A DNA stretch of 64,000 nt from Myxococcota bacterium (lineage in GTDB: Bacteria > Myxococcota_A > UBA796 > CAJQPC01), in contig JAZAMN010000014.1 in the NCBI GenBank assembly GCA_036229005.1, positions 27,179 to 91,178 of the forward strand. The letters run 5' to 3'. Below are positions 1 to 8,489 of this stretch, piece after piece. The translations under genes and the position numbers were made by a program. Numbering within the stretch: the first letter of the stretch is position 1; every line of letters starts with the position of its first letter. The notes under the pieces are model-generated. The model was not told the origin of the DNA and did not search any database. It saw only the letters and a list, made by a program, of their open reading frames with translations.

Positions 1-367
1 CCTGGTAGGGGCTCAGGGTGCTGAGCATCCGGCTCAGGGTCTCCTGGTGCTCCGGTCGGATGCTGCTGGAGCCGGAGTCGAACACCAGCCCGGAGTTCAG
101 GGACATCTCCAGGCCGTCCTCGGTCAGCTCCGTGGAGATGAACTCCTGGAGCCCCTCCTCCTGGATGCGCTGTTCGATCTCATCCTGGATCGAGGACAGG
201 CTGGCGGGCTGCTCCACACCGCTGAGGCTCTCGGCGATCTGCTGCATCTTGACCTGGTTCATGTCCGCCGCCGCCAGCAGCATCGCGAAGAACACCAGCA
301 GGTTGGTGATCAGGTCCGCGTAGGACAGCAGCCAGCCCTCCTCGCTGGTGTAGGAGCGCTTCTTCAC
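1..367 (-). CDS. MotB/OmpA-like stator subunit, N-terminal part (3' end lies beyond the window start)
   Basis: Own translation of the minus strand from GTG at 365-367: VKKRSYTSEEGWLLSYADLITNLLVFFAMLL... This is a MotB-type TM helix with the conserved channel Asp (YADLIT). It is followed by the start of an OmpA-like segment (LVFDSGSSSIRPEHQETL). The GTG overlaps the upstream stop (GTGA). Absent from the ORF track because it runs off the window. Confidence 0.75.
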   Translation of the reverse strand, partial: MKKRSYTSEEGWLLSYADLITNLLVFFAMLLAAADMNQVKMQQIAESLSGVEQPASLSSIQDEIEQRIQEEGLQEFISTELTEDGLEMSLNSGLVFDSGSSSIRPEHQETLSRMLSTLSPYQ

Positions 368-1080
368 GGCTCTCTCCCGGACCAGGCGATCAGCTCCAGG
401 GCGGTCTGCTCACAGCGCTCCAGCACCCCCAGCCGCTCGTCCAGGTGGTTGCGCAGGAAGTGGCCGATGGGCCCCGCGACGCCCGCACCGAAGGCCACGC
501 CGTAGAGGGTGGCCAGCAAGGCCAGGGAGATGGACGCGCCCAGGTCGGTGTCGGCGTCCCCCATGGTCTTGAAGAGCTGGATCATGCCCGTGATGGTGCC
601 GACCATGCCCATGGAGGGCGCCAGCTTGGCCAGCAGCTCCCAGTTGCCCACGGCCGGCTGGTGGCGGGACATCTCCGCGTGCTGGAGCTCGGTGAACGCG
701 GCCTTGACCCCCTCCTTGGGGGCGCGGCTGAGCACGAGCTGGAGCATGCGCTGGGTGACCGGGTGGGCGCTGCCCTCGGCCAGGGCGACGGCCTGGGAGC
801 GGTTGCCGTCCAGCCACAGCTTCTGGAACTGGGTGCGCTCCGCCTCCATGGACTCGTTGGTCTTCTTCATCACCCCCAGGCCGGGGATCAGCTCCCGCAG
901 GGCCGCGAAGGTGCGGAAGGTCGTGGTGGCGCTCGACATCACCAGGATGGCGGAGAGCGAGCCGCCCATCACGACGATGAAGGCGTGGGGGTCGAAGGCG
1001 GAGACGGTGGTGGCGTCGCGCTCGCCGCCGAAGCCGTAGGCGACGACGAAGACCAGCAGGGCGAGTCCAAGGATCTGCAC
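364..1080 (-). CDS. MotA/TolQ/ExbB-family proton channel protein
   Basis: 238 aa with multiple TM helices. The C-terminal MotA_ExbB-like core reads LAPSMGMVGTITGMIQLF...LALLATLYGVAFGAGVAGP. GTG start preceded by AAGGA. Confidence 0.85.
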   Translation of the reverse strand: MQILGLALLVFVVAYGFGGERDATTVSAFDPHAFIVVMGGSLSAILVMSSATTTFRTFAALRELIPGLGVMKKTNESMEAERTQFQKLWLDGNRSQAVALAEGSAHPVTQRMLQLVLSRAPKEGVKAAFTELQHAEMSRHQPAVGNWELLAKLAPSMGMVGTITGMIQLFKTMGDADTDLGASISLALLATLYGVAFGAGVAGPIGHFLRNHLDERLGVLERCEQTALELIAWSGREP

Positions 1081-1090
1081 GTTTGTGTCC

Positions 1091-1720
1091 TTACAGCGAG
1101 CCGCTCTGCAGCGCTTCGAGCTGCTGGCGGACTTGGGGGTCGCTCTCGATCTCCTCGACCTGCTCGTAGACCTCGATGGCCTTCTCGCGCTCGCCCATGA
1201 GCATCAGGATGGAGCCCTTGGCGCGGAGTGTCTCGGGGTGAGAGGGGTAGCGGGCCAGGATGAGCTCGCACCACTGCAGGGCGAGCTCGTAGTTGCCGGC
1301 CGAGATGGCCTCGTTCATGCGGCTGCGGGCCTGGATGATGCTCACGGCGGGGGCGTCGCTGTTCACGCGCAGCCCGCGCTCGCGGTAGGCATCCTCCAGC
1401 ACCGCGTCGGCCTCGATGGGGGGCGGGGGGACCAGGCGGGTGGCCGGGATGGTCTCCACGTCCGTGGCCTGGGCGGTGTGCTCGATGACGATGCGCTGGC
1501 CGCTGGCCAGCATGGGGATCTGGACCTCGGTGATGACGTCCCCGTCGTTCCAGCTCACGGTCATCGCGGTGGTGGAGCCGAAGCCCATGGGGCGGAGCTG
1601 CGTGCCCTCCTCCTCCTCGAAGGTCTGGTTGACCTCGGGGGCGGGCTCGATCAGGTAGTGGGTGTAGTTCCGGGTCGCGCAGCCGGTGAGCAGGGGCGCG
1701 AGCCACACAAGGGAGATCAT
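1091..1720 (-). CDS. TPR-repeat lipoprotein
   Basis: Internal ATG at 1718-1720 of track ORF 1091..2284 gives MISLVWLAPLLTGC (lipobox). The C-terminus is TPR-like (AISAGNYELALQWCELILARYPSHPETLRAKGSILMLMGEREKAIEVY). The upstream part of the track ORF is Arg/Pro junk. ATGA overlap with the upstream gene. Confidence 0.7.
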   Translation of the reverse strand: MISLVWLAPLLTGCATRNYTHYLIEPAPEVNQTFEEEEGTQLRPMGFGSTTAMTVSWNDGDVITEVQIPMLASGQRIVIEHTAQATDVETIPATRLVPPPPIEADAVLEDAYRERGLRVNSDAPAVSIIQARSRMNEAISAGNYELALQWCELILARYPSHPETLRAKGSILMLMGEREKAIEVYEQVEEIESDPQVRQQLEALQSGSL

Positions 1721-2688
1721 AGGGCCACCGGGATGAAGCGGGGGTTCAGCAGCGAGATGCCCAGGCCGAACTGTCCGTTGGTCGAGAGGGTCATCACCAC
1801 GCCGTAGTTGCCACGGCCGAAGGGCACGCGGACCACGCCGACGGCGGACAGCAGGGGGTCGATCACGTCGACCTGCTCGTCGCTTGTGTCCACCGCGCGC
1901 ACGATGGCGGTGGGCAGGCTGAGCACGGCCTTGCCGCCCACCATCACATCGCCGATGGGCAGCACGCGGTAGTAGGACCCGCCGATGCCCAGGATGGGGT
2001 CGAACAGGGTCACGCTGACGCCGGAGAGGTTGTTGTTCGTGGGGCCCCACTGGTCGGTGAAGTCCACGGCCAGGTGCTGCCCAGGCCACAGCGCGGCGTC
2101 CACGAACACGTGGGTGAGGCTGTCGCCCCGCGCCCGCCGATCCAGCTCCTGGGCCAGGGTGTAGTTGCGGCGGGAGCGCTCGTTCTCGATGAGCATGGGG
2201 TCGACGTTGGTGGCGAACACCACGCGCCCGGTGTTCAGGTCCACGATGCGGATGGACACGCCGCTGGGCAGCTCCTTGAGCCACACCCCGGTGCGCGCGG
2301 CCGGCGAGCTCCCGCGGGTGTTGTCGTCCAGACGCATGACCTCGCTGAGGCTGACCGGCCCCGACTGGTAGTGGAGGGACCCATCAGTGACGGTGGTGCG
2401 CGGCACCATGCAGGCTTCACAGAGCCGCAGGGACCCGTTGCCGAACGCGGACTGGAGCACCTCGATGGAGCGCACGGCGAACCAGTCCTGGGAGCTCTCG
2501 TAGCGGGGGGTGGCCTCGACCAGGATGGCGGGGGTGACCAGCTCCGGATCCAGGCGGCCCTCGGCGACCTGGACCTCCAGGATCTCCTCCAGGCGGTCCA
2601 GCGCGTCGCGGGTGGTGGCCGAGTCGGCGTGCGCGACGGGGACCATCAGCAGGCTGAGCAGCAAAAGGGCCAGGGCTCTCAGAAGCAA
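1717..2688 (-). CDS. secreted hypothetical protein (CxxC motif, Gly-rich beta C-terminus)
   Basis: Only the last ~320 aa of track ORF 1717..4191 look protein-like. A TTG at 2686-2688 gives the signal peptide LLLRALALLLLSLLMVPVAHA/DS. The start codon is uncertain (an ATG at 2646 would lack a signal peptide). Confidence 0.5.
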   Translation of the reverse strand: MLLRALALLLLSLLMVPVAHADSATTRDALDRLEEILEVQVAEGRLDPELVTPAILVEATPRYESSQDWFAVRSIEVLQSAFGNGSLRLCEACMVPRTTVTDGSLHYQSGPVSLSEVMRLDDNTRGSSPAARTGVWLKELPSGVSIRIVDLNTGRVVFATNVDPMLIENERSRRNYTLAQELDRRARGDSLTHVFVDAALWPGQHLAVDFTDQWGPTNNNLSGVSVTLFDPILGIGGSYYRVLPIGDVMVGGKAVLSLPTAIVRAVDTSDEQVDVIDPLLSAVGVVRVPFGRGNYGVVMTLSTNGQFGLGISLLNPRFIPVAL

Positions 2689-3860
2689 AAGGACACCTCG
2701 GTGCCGAAGCTCTGGAAGCGGACGTTCGCGAACACCACGTGGGCGCCCAGGTTGTTGGAGCCCGAGTAGGCCGGCAGGGTCTCCAGGAAGGAGGAGACGC
2801 CGACCCGGTTCCCCATGCGGATGTCCACCCCGATGTGGAAGGCCCCGAAGCTCGCGCTGGGGTCGTCCCCGTCGGCCGAAGCGAGGATCTGGTCGGCGGT
2901 CAGGCGGTCGTTGGAGAAGCCGCCGGTGGCGGGGCCCCAGACGTGGGAGACGGACGCGCCGCCCATCAGGTAGAGGTCGGGGCGGGTGAGGGAGCGGTGG
3001 CGGCCGGTGAGCAGGCGGCTCAGGCGCACCTGGCCCATCAGGCCCTGGTAGGCGTCCGGGATGATGGCGTAGCCCCCCACAAAGCTGGTGGTCCAGACCT
3101 GGGAGCGGGTGGGGCTGAGCTCGACGCCGCTCTGGAACCACAAGAAGGGCGGAGGCGCGGTGCCGGCTGCCTCGTTGGGGCGGGTGGCGTAGGTGCGCAC
3201 GCCGATGCGGAGGGGCACGGTGAGGGGGCCGTGGCCCTCGAGCACGTCCAGGTACTCCTGGCGGGCGTCCTCGGCCGACTTGAGGTTGTCGGGCTGGCGC
3301 AGCAGCGCCGGGGTGCTGGCGGAGGTGCTGAGGGTGTGGCTCCACACGATGGGCAGGTCGGGCGTGAGCTTGGTGATGCGGGCGCGCAGGACCAGCCAGG
3401 TGCCCTCGGCCTCCACGTCGATGAACAGGGCGTGCTTGCCGGCGCCGCCCAGCTCCTGGAGCACCTGGGGGTTGTCGACGCCCCGGGAGATGACCGTGCC
3501 CTCGGGGCCGGAGTGCACGACGACGGCGGTGCAGCTCGGGCAGTGGGCGAGCTGAACGTGGGTGGTGGGGTTCTCGAAGAGCAGCTTGGCCAGGTGGTTC
3601 TCGAGCAGCCCCTCCAGGCCGGTGCCCAGGCCGACCGGCACCGTGACGCCGGCGAGCACGACCGGGGTGGGCGTGGCGAAGGGGGCCTCTTGGGTCCACT
3701 GGTAGACCAGCTCGTCCAGCAGGTCGTAGGCGCTGAGCTGCACCTGGTTGGCGACCTGCGCGCGGGCGCGGTCCAGCTCGGCGTCGCGGGCGTCCTCCAT
3801 GGGGCCGGCCTGGGCCACCCCGCAGAGCGCCGCCCACAGCCACAGGGTCAGCGCAGCCAT
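2679..3860 (-). CDS. secreted hypothetical protein, possible outer-membrane beta-barrel (ends ...EVSFCF)
   Basis: 393 aa with signal peptide MAALTLWLWAALCGVAQA. Contains a CPSC motif. The C-terminal half has alternating Gly/aromatic residues and a terminal Phe. Confidence 0.6.
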   Translation of the reverse strand: MAALTLWLWAALCGVAQAGPMEDARDAELDRARAQVANQVQLSAYDLLDELVYQWTQEAPFATPTPVVLAGVTVPVGLGTGLEGLLENHLAKLLFENPTTHVQLAHCPSCTAVVVHSGPEGTVISRGVDNPQVLQELGGAGKHALFIDVEAEGTWLVLRARITKLTPDLPIVWSHTLSTSASTPALLRQPDNLKSAEDARQEYLDVLEGHGPLTVPLRIGVRTYATRPNEAAGTAPPPFLWFQSGVELSPTRSQVWTTSFVGGYAIIPDAYQGLMGQVRLSRLLTGRHRSLTRPDLYLMGGASVSHVWGPATGGFSNDRLTADQILASADGDDPSASFGAFHIGVDIRMGNRVGVSSFLETLPAYSGSNNLGAHVVFANVRFQSFGTEVSFCF

Positions 3861-4489
3861 GTCCAGGCCCCCTGGGCGCAGACGCCCGTGTGCAGTTGGG
3901 TCTCGCGGGGGTCCACCAGCGTCGACGCCAGCAGGGCCTCGCCGGCGCCCAGAGCTCCCGTCTGGTGGTAGCGCAAGCAGGCCGCAGGCCAGGCCTCGAG
4001 CGGTGGAAGGCGCGTGATGACCGAGACGTCATCAAAGCCCAACACCGGCGTCCTGTCGGACACCTGGAGGCCCAGGTCCACCATCGCGTTCTTGGTGGCG
4101 AAGGAGAGCTTGTCGTTGACCTGGGGGTTGCTGGTGTGGCTCTCGACCAGCCACAGGGCGTCCTTGAGCTCCGGGCGGCTGGCGGTGGCAATGGCGGCGA
4201 TCTCCCGGGCGCTGGCCTCCATGCCGATGAGCAGGGCCTCGTCCTGGGGGGCGCGCAGATCCGCGGGCAGCAGGCGCTCGCTGCAGATGAGCACCTGGCG
4301 CTCCATCAGGTCGCCGCGGGGGTCGGGGGGAGGGACCACGCCGGGGTAGCGCTCGACGGCCACCGGGACGGGCACGCGCTCACACTCCAGGTTCTGCGCC
4401 TCGGTGCGGGAGTTGAACAGCCCCGGCGCCGGGTTGCCGACGTTCGAGATCTTGAACCACAGGGTCCACAGCGCCAGGTAGAGCCCCAC
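3848..4489 (-). CDS. hypothetical protein
   Basis: 213-aa ORF with a GTG start immediately after the upstream stop. Ordinary amino-acid composition. 13-nt overlap with the downstream gene. Confidence 0.5.
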   Translation of the reverse strand: MGLYLALWTLWFKISNVGNPAPGLFNSRTEAQNLECERVPVPVAVERYPGVVPPPDPRGDLMERQVLICSERLLPADLRAPQDEALLIGMEASAREIAAIATASRPELKDALWLVESHTSNPQVNDKLSFATKNAMVDLGLQVSDRTPVLGFDDVSVITRLPPLEAWPAACLRYHQTGALGAGEALLASTLVDPRETQLHTGVCAQGAWTWLR

Positions 4490-5224
4490 TCAGCGCTCCA
4501 CCGGAGGCAGCTCCTGGAGCACCTCCCACTGGCTCTGGGCGTTGAACACGAGCTGGCTGAGCTGCCCGTACAGGTCGTTCGACAGGTCCTGCTTGGCGGC
4601 GTCCTCGGCCATCTTCTCGTAGTCGGAGCGCAGCACGTCCAGGGCCATGTTCAGGGCCCAGATGCCGACGCCCACGCGCTCGATGATGCGGCCCTCCAGG
4701 GTCTCCGTGGCCAGCAGGAAGCCGGTCCCGTCGCGGATCACGACGTCCAGGGCGAACGAGGACTCGCTCATGGCGGGCACCACCGAGCAGGTCAACACGC
4801 ACAGGGTCCACATGACCGGGTCGTTGAAGGTGTGGACCTCGCGCGAGGTCAGCTCAAGGCTGAGGTCCACGCGCTGCTCGCTGTCGCTTTCCTGCTGCGC
4901 GCCGCCGTAGCTGCGCTCATTGCCGATGCGCGTGGTGACCGTCGCGCCCTGGTTGCGGAAGAGCGTGGCGGCGTTCTGGCAGAGCACCGCGGCCTCCTGC
5001 CGGTTGAGCAGGTCGCCCTGGTTGCAGACGATCTGGAGCTGCAGGTCGGGGAAGTTCTGGGCGCCGGTGTCGATGACCACGGGGCCGTTGAGGCCGGCCA
5101 TGGGCTGGTAGGCGTGCACGCAGCCGGTGCCCGCAGCGAGCGCGGCGGCGAGCAGAGGCAGGGCGATGGCGCTGGCCTTTGAGACGGCGTCCTCCAGAAT
5201 CCGGGTGCAGGATAGGGCTCCCAT
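4490..5224 (-). CDS. lipoprotein, function unknown
   Basis: Internal ATG (5222-5224) of track ORF 4490..5650 gives MGALSC...ALPLLAAALAAGTGC (lipobox). The sequence upstream of it is junk. Confidence 0.6.
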   Translation of the reverse strand: MGALSCTRILEDAVSKASAIALPLLAAALAAGTGCVHAYQPMAGLNGPVVIDTGAQNFPDLQLQIVCNQGDLLNRQEAAVLCQNAATLFRNQGATVTTRIGNERSYGGAQQESDSEQRVDLSLELTSREVHTFNDPVMWTLCVLTCSVVPAMSESSFALDVVIRDGTGFLLATETLEGRIIERVGVGIWALNMALDVLRSDYEKMAEDAAKQDLSNDLYGQLSQLVFNAQSQWEVLQELPPVER

Positions 5225-5274
5225 TCTGGGGCGGCAAGCGGGGCAGCGAAGTCGCGATCCCGCGGTGGGTACGG

Positions 5275-6159
5275 CTACCAGTTCTGGCCGATGATCTCCC
5301 AGCCCTCCCCGTCGTTGCGGAGCACGTCCCGGCGTCCGACCGACCAGATGCCGGAGGGGCCGGTGAAGAGGGGGCCGACGGTGGCGACGCTCTGGCCGTC
5401 GGCGAACACCTCGAGCTCCAGGCCCTCGCCGTCCAGGGTGAAGATCTCCAGGGGCGTGGACACGCAGGTGAGATCGCCGAAGCGGGCGATGCCCAGGATG
5501 TCCTCGTCTGTGGTCTGGTGCTCCAGGCGGGTGAGGGCAGCCGGCGAGCCCAGGAAGATGGACCCACACTTGCCGCCCACCACCAGCCGCTCCTCCTCCT
5601 GGATCCCGCAGCCCAGGGTGAGTCGGGTGGGGCGAGGGAGGGCCTGCCAACCCTGGGGACCGTGGGCGTGGAGGGCGCCCTGAACGCCCAGGCAGAGCAG
5701 GCGGCCATCGCGCAGGCGCAGGGCGTGGTTGAAGCCGCGGACGCCGTCGCCTTGTTGGAGCTCAGGGCCGTGGAGGGCGCGCCACCGGCCGGATCGGCGG
5801 GCGAAGACCTGGTGGTCCAGGCCCAGGGCGTAGAGCACCCCGTCCACGCAGCGGAGGGTGGGCAGAGGCATCTCGGGCTGGGGGCGGTGGACGTCCAGGC
5901 GGCGCCGGCCTTGGGGGCTCCAGGCGGTGATGCGGCCGTACATGTCGCAGAACAGGGCCTGGGTGCCGTCGGGGCTGCGGGCCATACTGGTGGTGCCGTG
6001 ATCCAGCGCGGCGACCCGGGACCACTGGCCGCTGGGATCGCAGGTGAGCACGGTGGTCTGGGGGCGGTCTGCGGGCTGCCCGGGGGCGTGGGCTGCGATG
6101 ACGGCGGTGCGGTCGGCCAGCTCGACGCCGGCCAGGAACTCGTGGTCGCTCAGGTCCAT
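5275..6159 (-). CDS. hypothetical protein, beta-propeller-like repeats, no signal peptide
   Basis: 294 aa with recurring short strand/turn segments (e.g. VLYALGLDHQVF, LLCLGVQGALHAHG, LVVGGKCGSIFLG). Confidence 0.5.
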   Translation of the reverse strand: MDLSDHEFLAGVELADRTAVIAAHAPGQPADRPQTTVLTCDPSGQWSRVAALDHGTTSMARSPDGTQALFCDMYGRITAWSPQGRRRLDVHRPQPEMPLPTLRCVDGVLYALGLDHQVFARRSGRWRALHGPELQQGDGVRGFNHALRLRDGRLLCLGVQGALHAHGPQGWQALPRPTRLTLGCGIQEEERLVVGGKCGSIFLGSPAALTRLEHQTTDEDILGIARFGDLTCVSTPLEIFTLDGEGLELEVFADGQSVATVGPLFTGPSGIWSVGRRDVLRNDGEGWEIIGQNW

Positions 6160-6223
6160 CGTCCCGCTCTCCCTGGGTCTGGGAGGGGAGCTTGACCAGC
6201 GCCCGGCCGCCCTTCAACGCAGG

Positions 6224-6243
6224 CCCGCTGAGACCCGCTGAGA
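6224..6243. promoter_or_regulatory. perfect tandem 10-mer CCCGCTGAGA x2 in the promoter-proximal gap
   Basis: Read directly at 6224-6233 and 6234-6243. Lies 65-84 nt upstream of the ATG at 6159 and just downstream of a winged-helix regulator gene. Confidence 0.3.
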
Positions 6244-6261
6244 TGCCCCGCCCAGGCGGCC

Positions 6262-7827
6262 TCAGGGGCGGATGCTCAGGCCGGTGAGGCGGTACTGTCG
6301 GTCGACGAAGGTGAGCTTCACCCCTTTCTTTCGCAGCATGCGGACGGCGGAGTGCAGGCGGGCCTTGAGGGACTCGTAGCTGCTGGCGTCGTCCGGCCAG
6401 ACGCGGTCGATGAGCGCGTCGGTGCTGTGGGGGCCCTGGATGAGGCTGCGCAGGATCGCCGTGGCGACGGGGCTGCGGCTGAGGTCGACGACCGGGGCGT
6501 GCTCCGCGAGCTGCAGGCGCTGCCCGTCCTGGCTGACCCAGGGGCTGAAGTCGGGGGTGGGCTGCACGCGGGAGGAGGGCAGGGGGAAGTAGGGGCCGCC
6601 GGCCATGGTGCGCTGCGCCCAGGCGCGCAGGCGTTCTTCGAAGCGACCGGCGCCCAGGCGGCGCGACTGGCGCAGAGCCTCCTGGCAGCCCGCGTGGTCG
6701 CCGCGCGCGTGCCGAGCCAGGGCCAGGACCGTGAAGGGGACCCCCATCTCCTGGGTGCTGGACTCGGGGATCTCGACCAGCTTGAGGGCGTGGCGCTCGG
6801 CGGCGGCCAGGTCCTGCTCCGCCAGGTGGATGCGGGTCCAGGCCCAGTGGTGGTTCCACTGATCCCGCGGAGGCTGCCCCTCTGGGCCGCTGTGCAGCAG
6901 CTCGGCCTGAGCGCGCATGCGCTGGGCGTCCGGCCACTGGAAGTTCACCGCCAGCAGCCGCATCTGGTCCTGTCGGTGCACAAAGCCCAGCTTCTGGGCG
7001 AGCTGGATGTTCCGCTCCAGGTGCGGCAGGGCGTCCTCCTGGAGCTCCCAAGCCCAGAAGTAGCGCGCCTGGTTCACGAACAGCCGGTCCGCCTCCTGGG
7101 CCACCAGCGCCTCCAGCGCGTCCAGGCGCCCAGGGGTCTGGCTGGGGTCCCGGGGGGCCCGGACCACCCGCAGGAAGGCGACAAAGAAGCGCTCTTGGGG
7201 GGTGCTCGCCAGGCGCTCGGCTTCTCGCAGCGTGCGCTCGGCCTGCTGCTCCCAGCCGCGCCAGTTCTCGGCTCGGCTCTGCTCGATCAGCGCCCAGACG
7301 CGGCAGCGGTCGCACACCTGATCCAGGGGTTCTTCGCGCGCGATGGCGGCCCACTGGGCGATCTCGGGGGTGGGGTCCCAGCGCTCCCACAGCTCCAGGC
7401 GCGCCCGGCGTTCCAGGTCTCCCAGCCCGGCGTAGCGGAGCTGGTGGAAGGCTGCCTCCGCTGCGTCCGCGGCCCGCGCCATCTGCTCGGAGGTGGGTCC
7501 CAGGCGGGCGCGGCACCAGCCCTGGATCTCCAGGGGGAGCGCGCCGTCTTCGTCCAGCCAGCCGGCGGCCTTGAGGGCGTGTCGGCCCAGCGCGACCCGG
7601 GCGTCCGGGAGCTGGGTGAGGGTGGCCGCCTCCGGTCGCCAGCGGATCCAGCGCCCGCGTGCACGCAGCAGCGTCTGCGCGTCGTCGGAGAGGCTCTCCC
7701 AGGCCCGATCCAGCCGCAGCCCCAGGTCGTCGGCGTCCACCAGCACGGCCGCGATCTCTGCCGGGTCGGTGTCGGGGGAGTCAGCCAGGACGGCAGCGAC
7801 ACGCGCTTGCAGGGACGGGGCGGACAT
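6262..7827 (-). CDS. putative transcriptional regulator with C-terminal OmpR/PhoB-type winged helix
   Basis: 521 aa. The C-terminus reads ATAILRSLIQGPHSTDALIDRVWPDDASSYESLKARLHSAVRMLRKKGVKLTFVDRQYRL, resembling a trans_reg_C domain. The helical middle is TPR-like. No receiver domain. Confidence 0.6.
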   Translation of the reverse strand: MSAPSLQARVAAVLADSPDTDPAEIAAVLVDADDLGLRLDRAWESLSDDAQTLLRARGRWIRWRPEAATLTQLPDARVALGRHALKAAGWLDEDGALPLEIQGWCRARLGPTSEQMARAADAAEAAFHQLRYAGLGDLERRARLELWERWDPTPEIAQWAAIAREEPLDQVCDRCRVWALIEQSRAENWRGWEQQAERTLREAERLASTPQERFFVAFLRVVRAPRDPSQTPGRLDALEALVAQEADRLFVNQARYFWAWELQEDALPHLERNIQLAQKLGFVHRQDQMRLLAVNFQWPDAQRMRAQAELLHSGPEGQPPRDQWNHHWAWTRIHLAEQDLAAAERHALKLVEIPESSTQEMGVPFTVLALARHARGDHAGCQEALRQSRRLGAGRFEERLRAWAQRTMAGGPYFPLPSSRVQPTPDFSPWVSQDGQRLQLAEHAPVVDLSRSPVATAILRSLIQGPHSTDALIDRVWPDDASSYESLKARLHSAVRMLRKKGVKLTFVDRQYRLTGLSIRP

Positions 7828-7845
7828 CGGGCGGCGAGGGGGCTC

Positions 7846-8439
7846 TCAGGGGGGAGGCGCCATTATCACCGACCGCAGCGCGGCGCCGTGCTCCGTGACG
7901 ACCCCGAGCACCGGCTGATCCGTCGGCCCCATCGGCACGCACGGCACCCGCTGGCAGGCGAACGCCAGCATCACCGCTGGGCCCGTGTGGGGCAGGGTGC
8001 GGTCGTAGTAGCCCCCGCCGTAGCCCAGGCGGCCTCCCTGGTGGTCGAAGGCGAGCCCAGGCACCACGACCAGGTCCAGGGTCTGCAGCCGGATCACCTC
8101 GCTTGCGGGCGAGGGTTCCAGGGTGCGGAGGGGACCCTGGTGCCAGACGGTGTGCGGGTCCACCGCTCGAAAACCCAGCGGCTCCTCCCTCCCTTGGATG
8201 AAGGGGCAGGCGAGGACCTGCTGTCTGGCTTCCGCCTCCGCGAACAGCGGCTGGGTGGAGATCTCCGCGCCGATGGACCGGAAGATCCCGATGACCTGGG
8301 CCTGCTGCCAGATCGGGCTGGCCAAGAGGTGGGCGCAGGCCTGCTCGGAGAGGCGCTGGCGCTCGGTGGGGGAGAGGGCGGCGCGGCGGGCCTTGAGTTC
8401 AGTCCGTAGGGCGTGCTTTTGGGGGTCGAGCTCGTTCAC
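7846..8439 (-). CDS. 5-formyltetrahydrofolate cyclo-ligase
   Basis: 197 aa with family motifs: LR...R, VVVPGLAFDHQGGRLGYGGGYYDR. Confidence 0.85.
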   Translation of the reverse strand: MNELDPQKHALRTELKARRAALSPTERQRLSEQACAHLLASPIWQQAQVIGIFRSIGAEISTQPLFAEAEARQQVLACPFIQGREEPLGFRAVDPHTVWHQGPLRTLEPSPASEVIRLQTLDLVVVPGLAFDHQGGRLGYGGGYYDRTLPHTGPAVMLAFACQRVPCVPMGPTDQPVLGVVTEHGAALRSVIMAPPP

Positions 8440-8489
8440 GGCTTCTCTCTGGCTCCGCCTCTGGGTGTAGCCTGCGGGCGACGAAGGGA

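Noticed and set aside
1-1080. MotA/MotB pair as a Zorya-type anti-phage system.
   Set aside because: As I recall, ZorA proteins are much longer with an extended C-terminal tail, and they are followed by ZorC/D-type nuclease or helicase genes. Here MotA is 238 aa, and the partners are lipoproteins, TPR proteins and outer-membrane-like proteins.
1717-4191. N-terminal extensions of track ORFs: 1717..4191, 1091..2284, 4490..5650, 19134..20921, 34755..35810, 32534..34780, 58020..58943, 47181..51284.
   Set aside because: The upstream portions are junk-like and overlap the preceding gene. Internal ATG/GTG/TTG starts give signal peptides or lipoboxes and the short stop/start overlaps typical of this locus.
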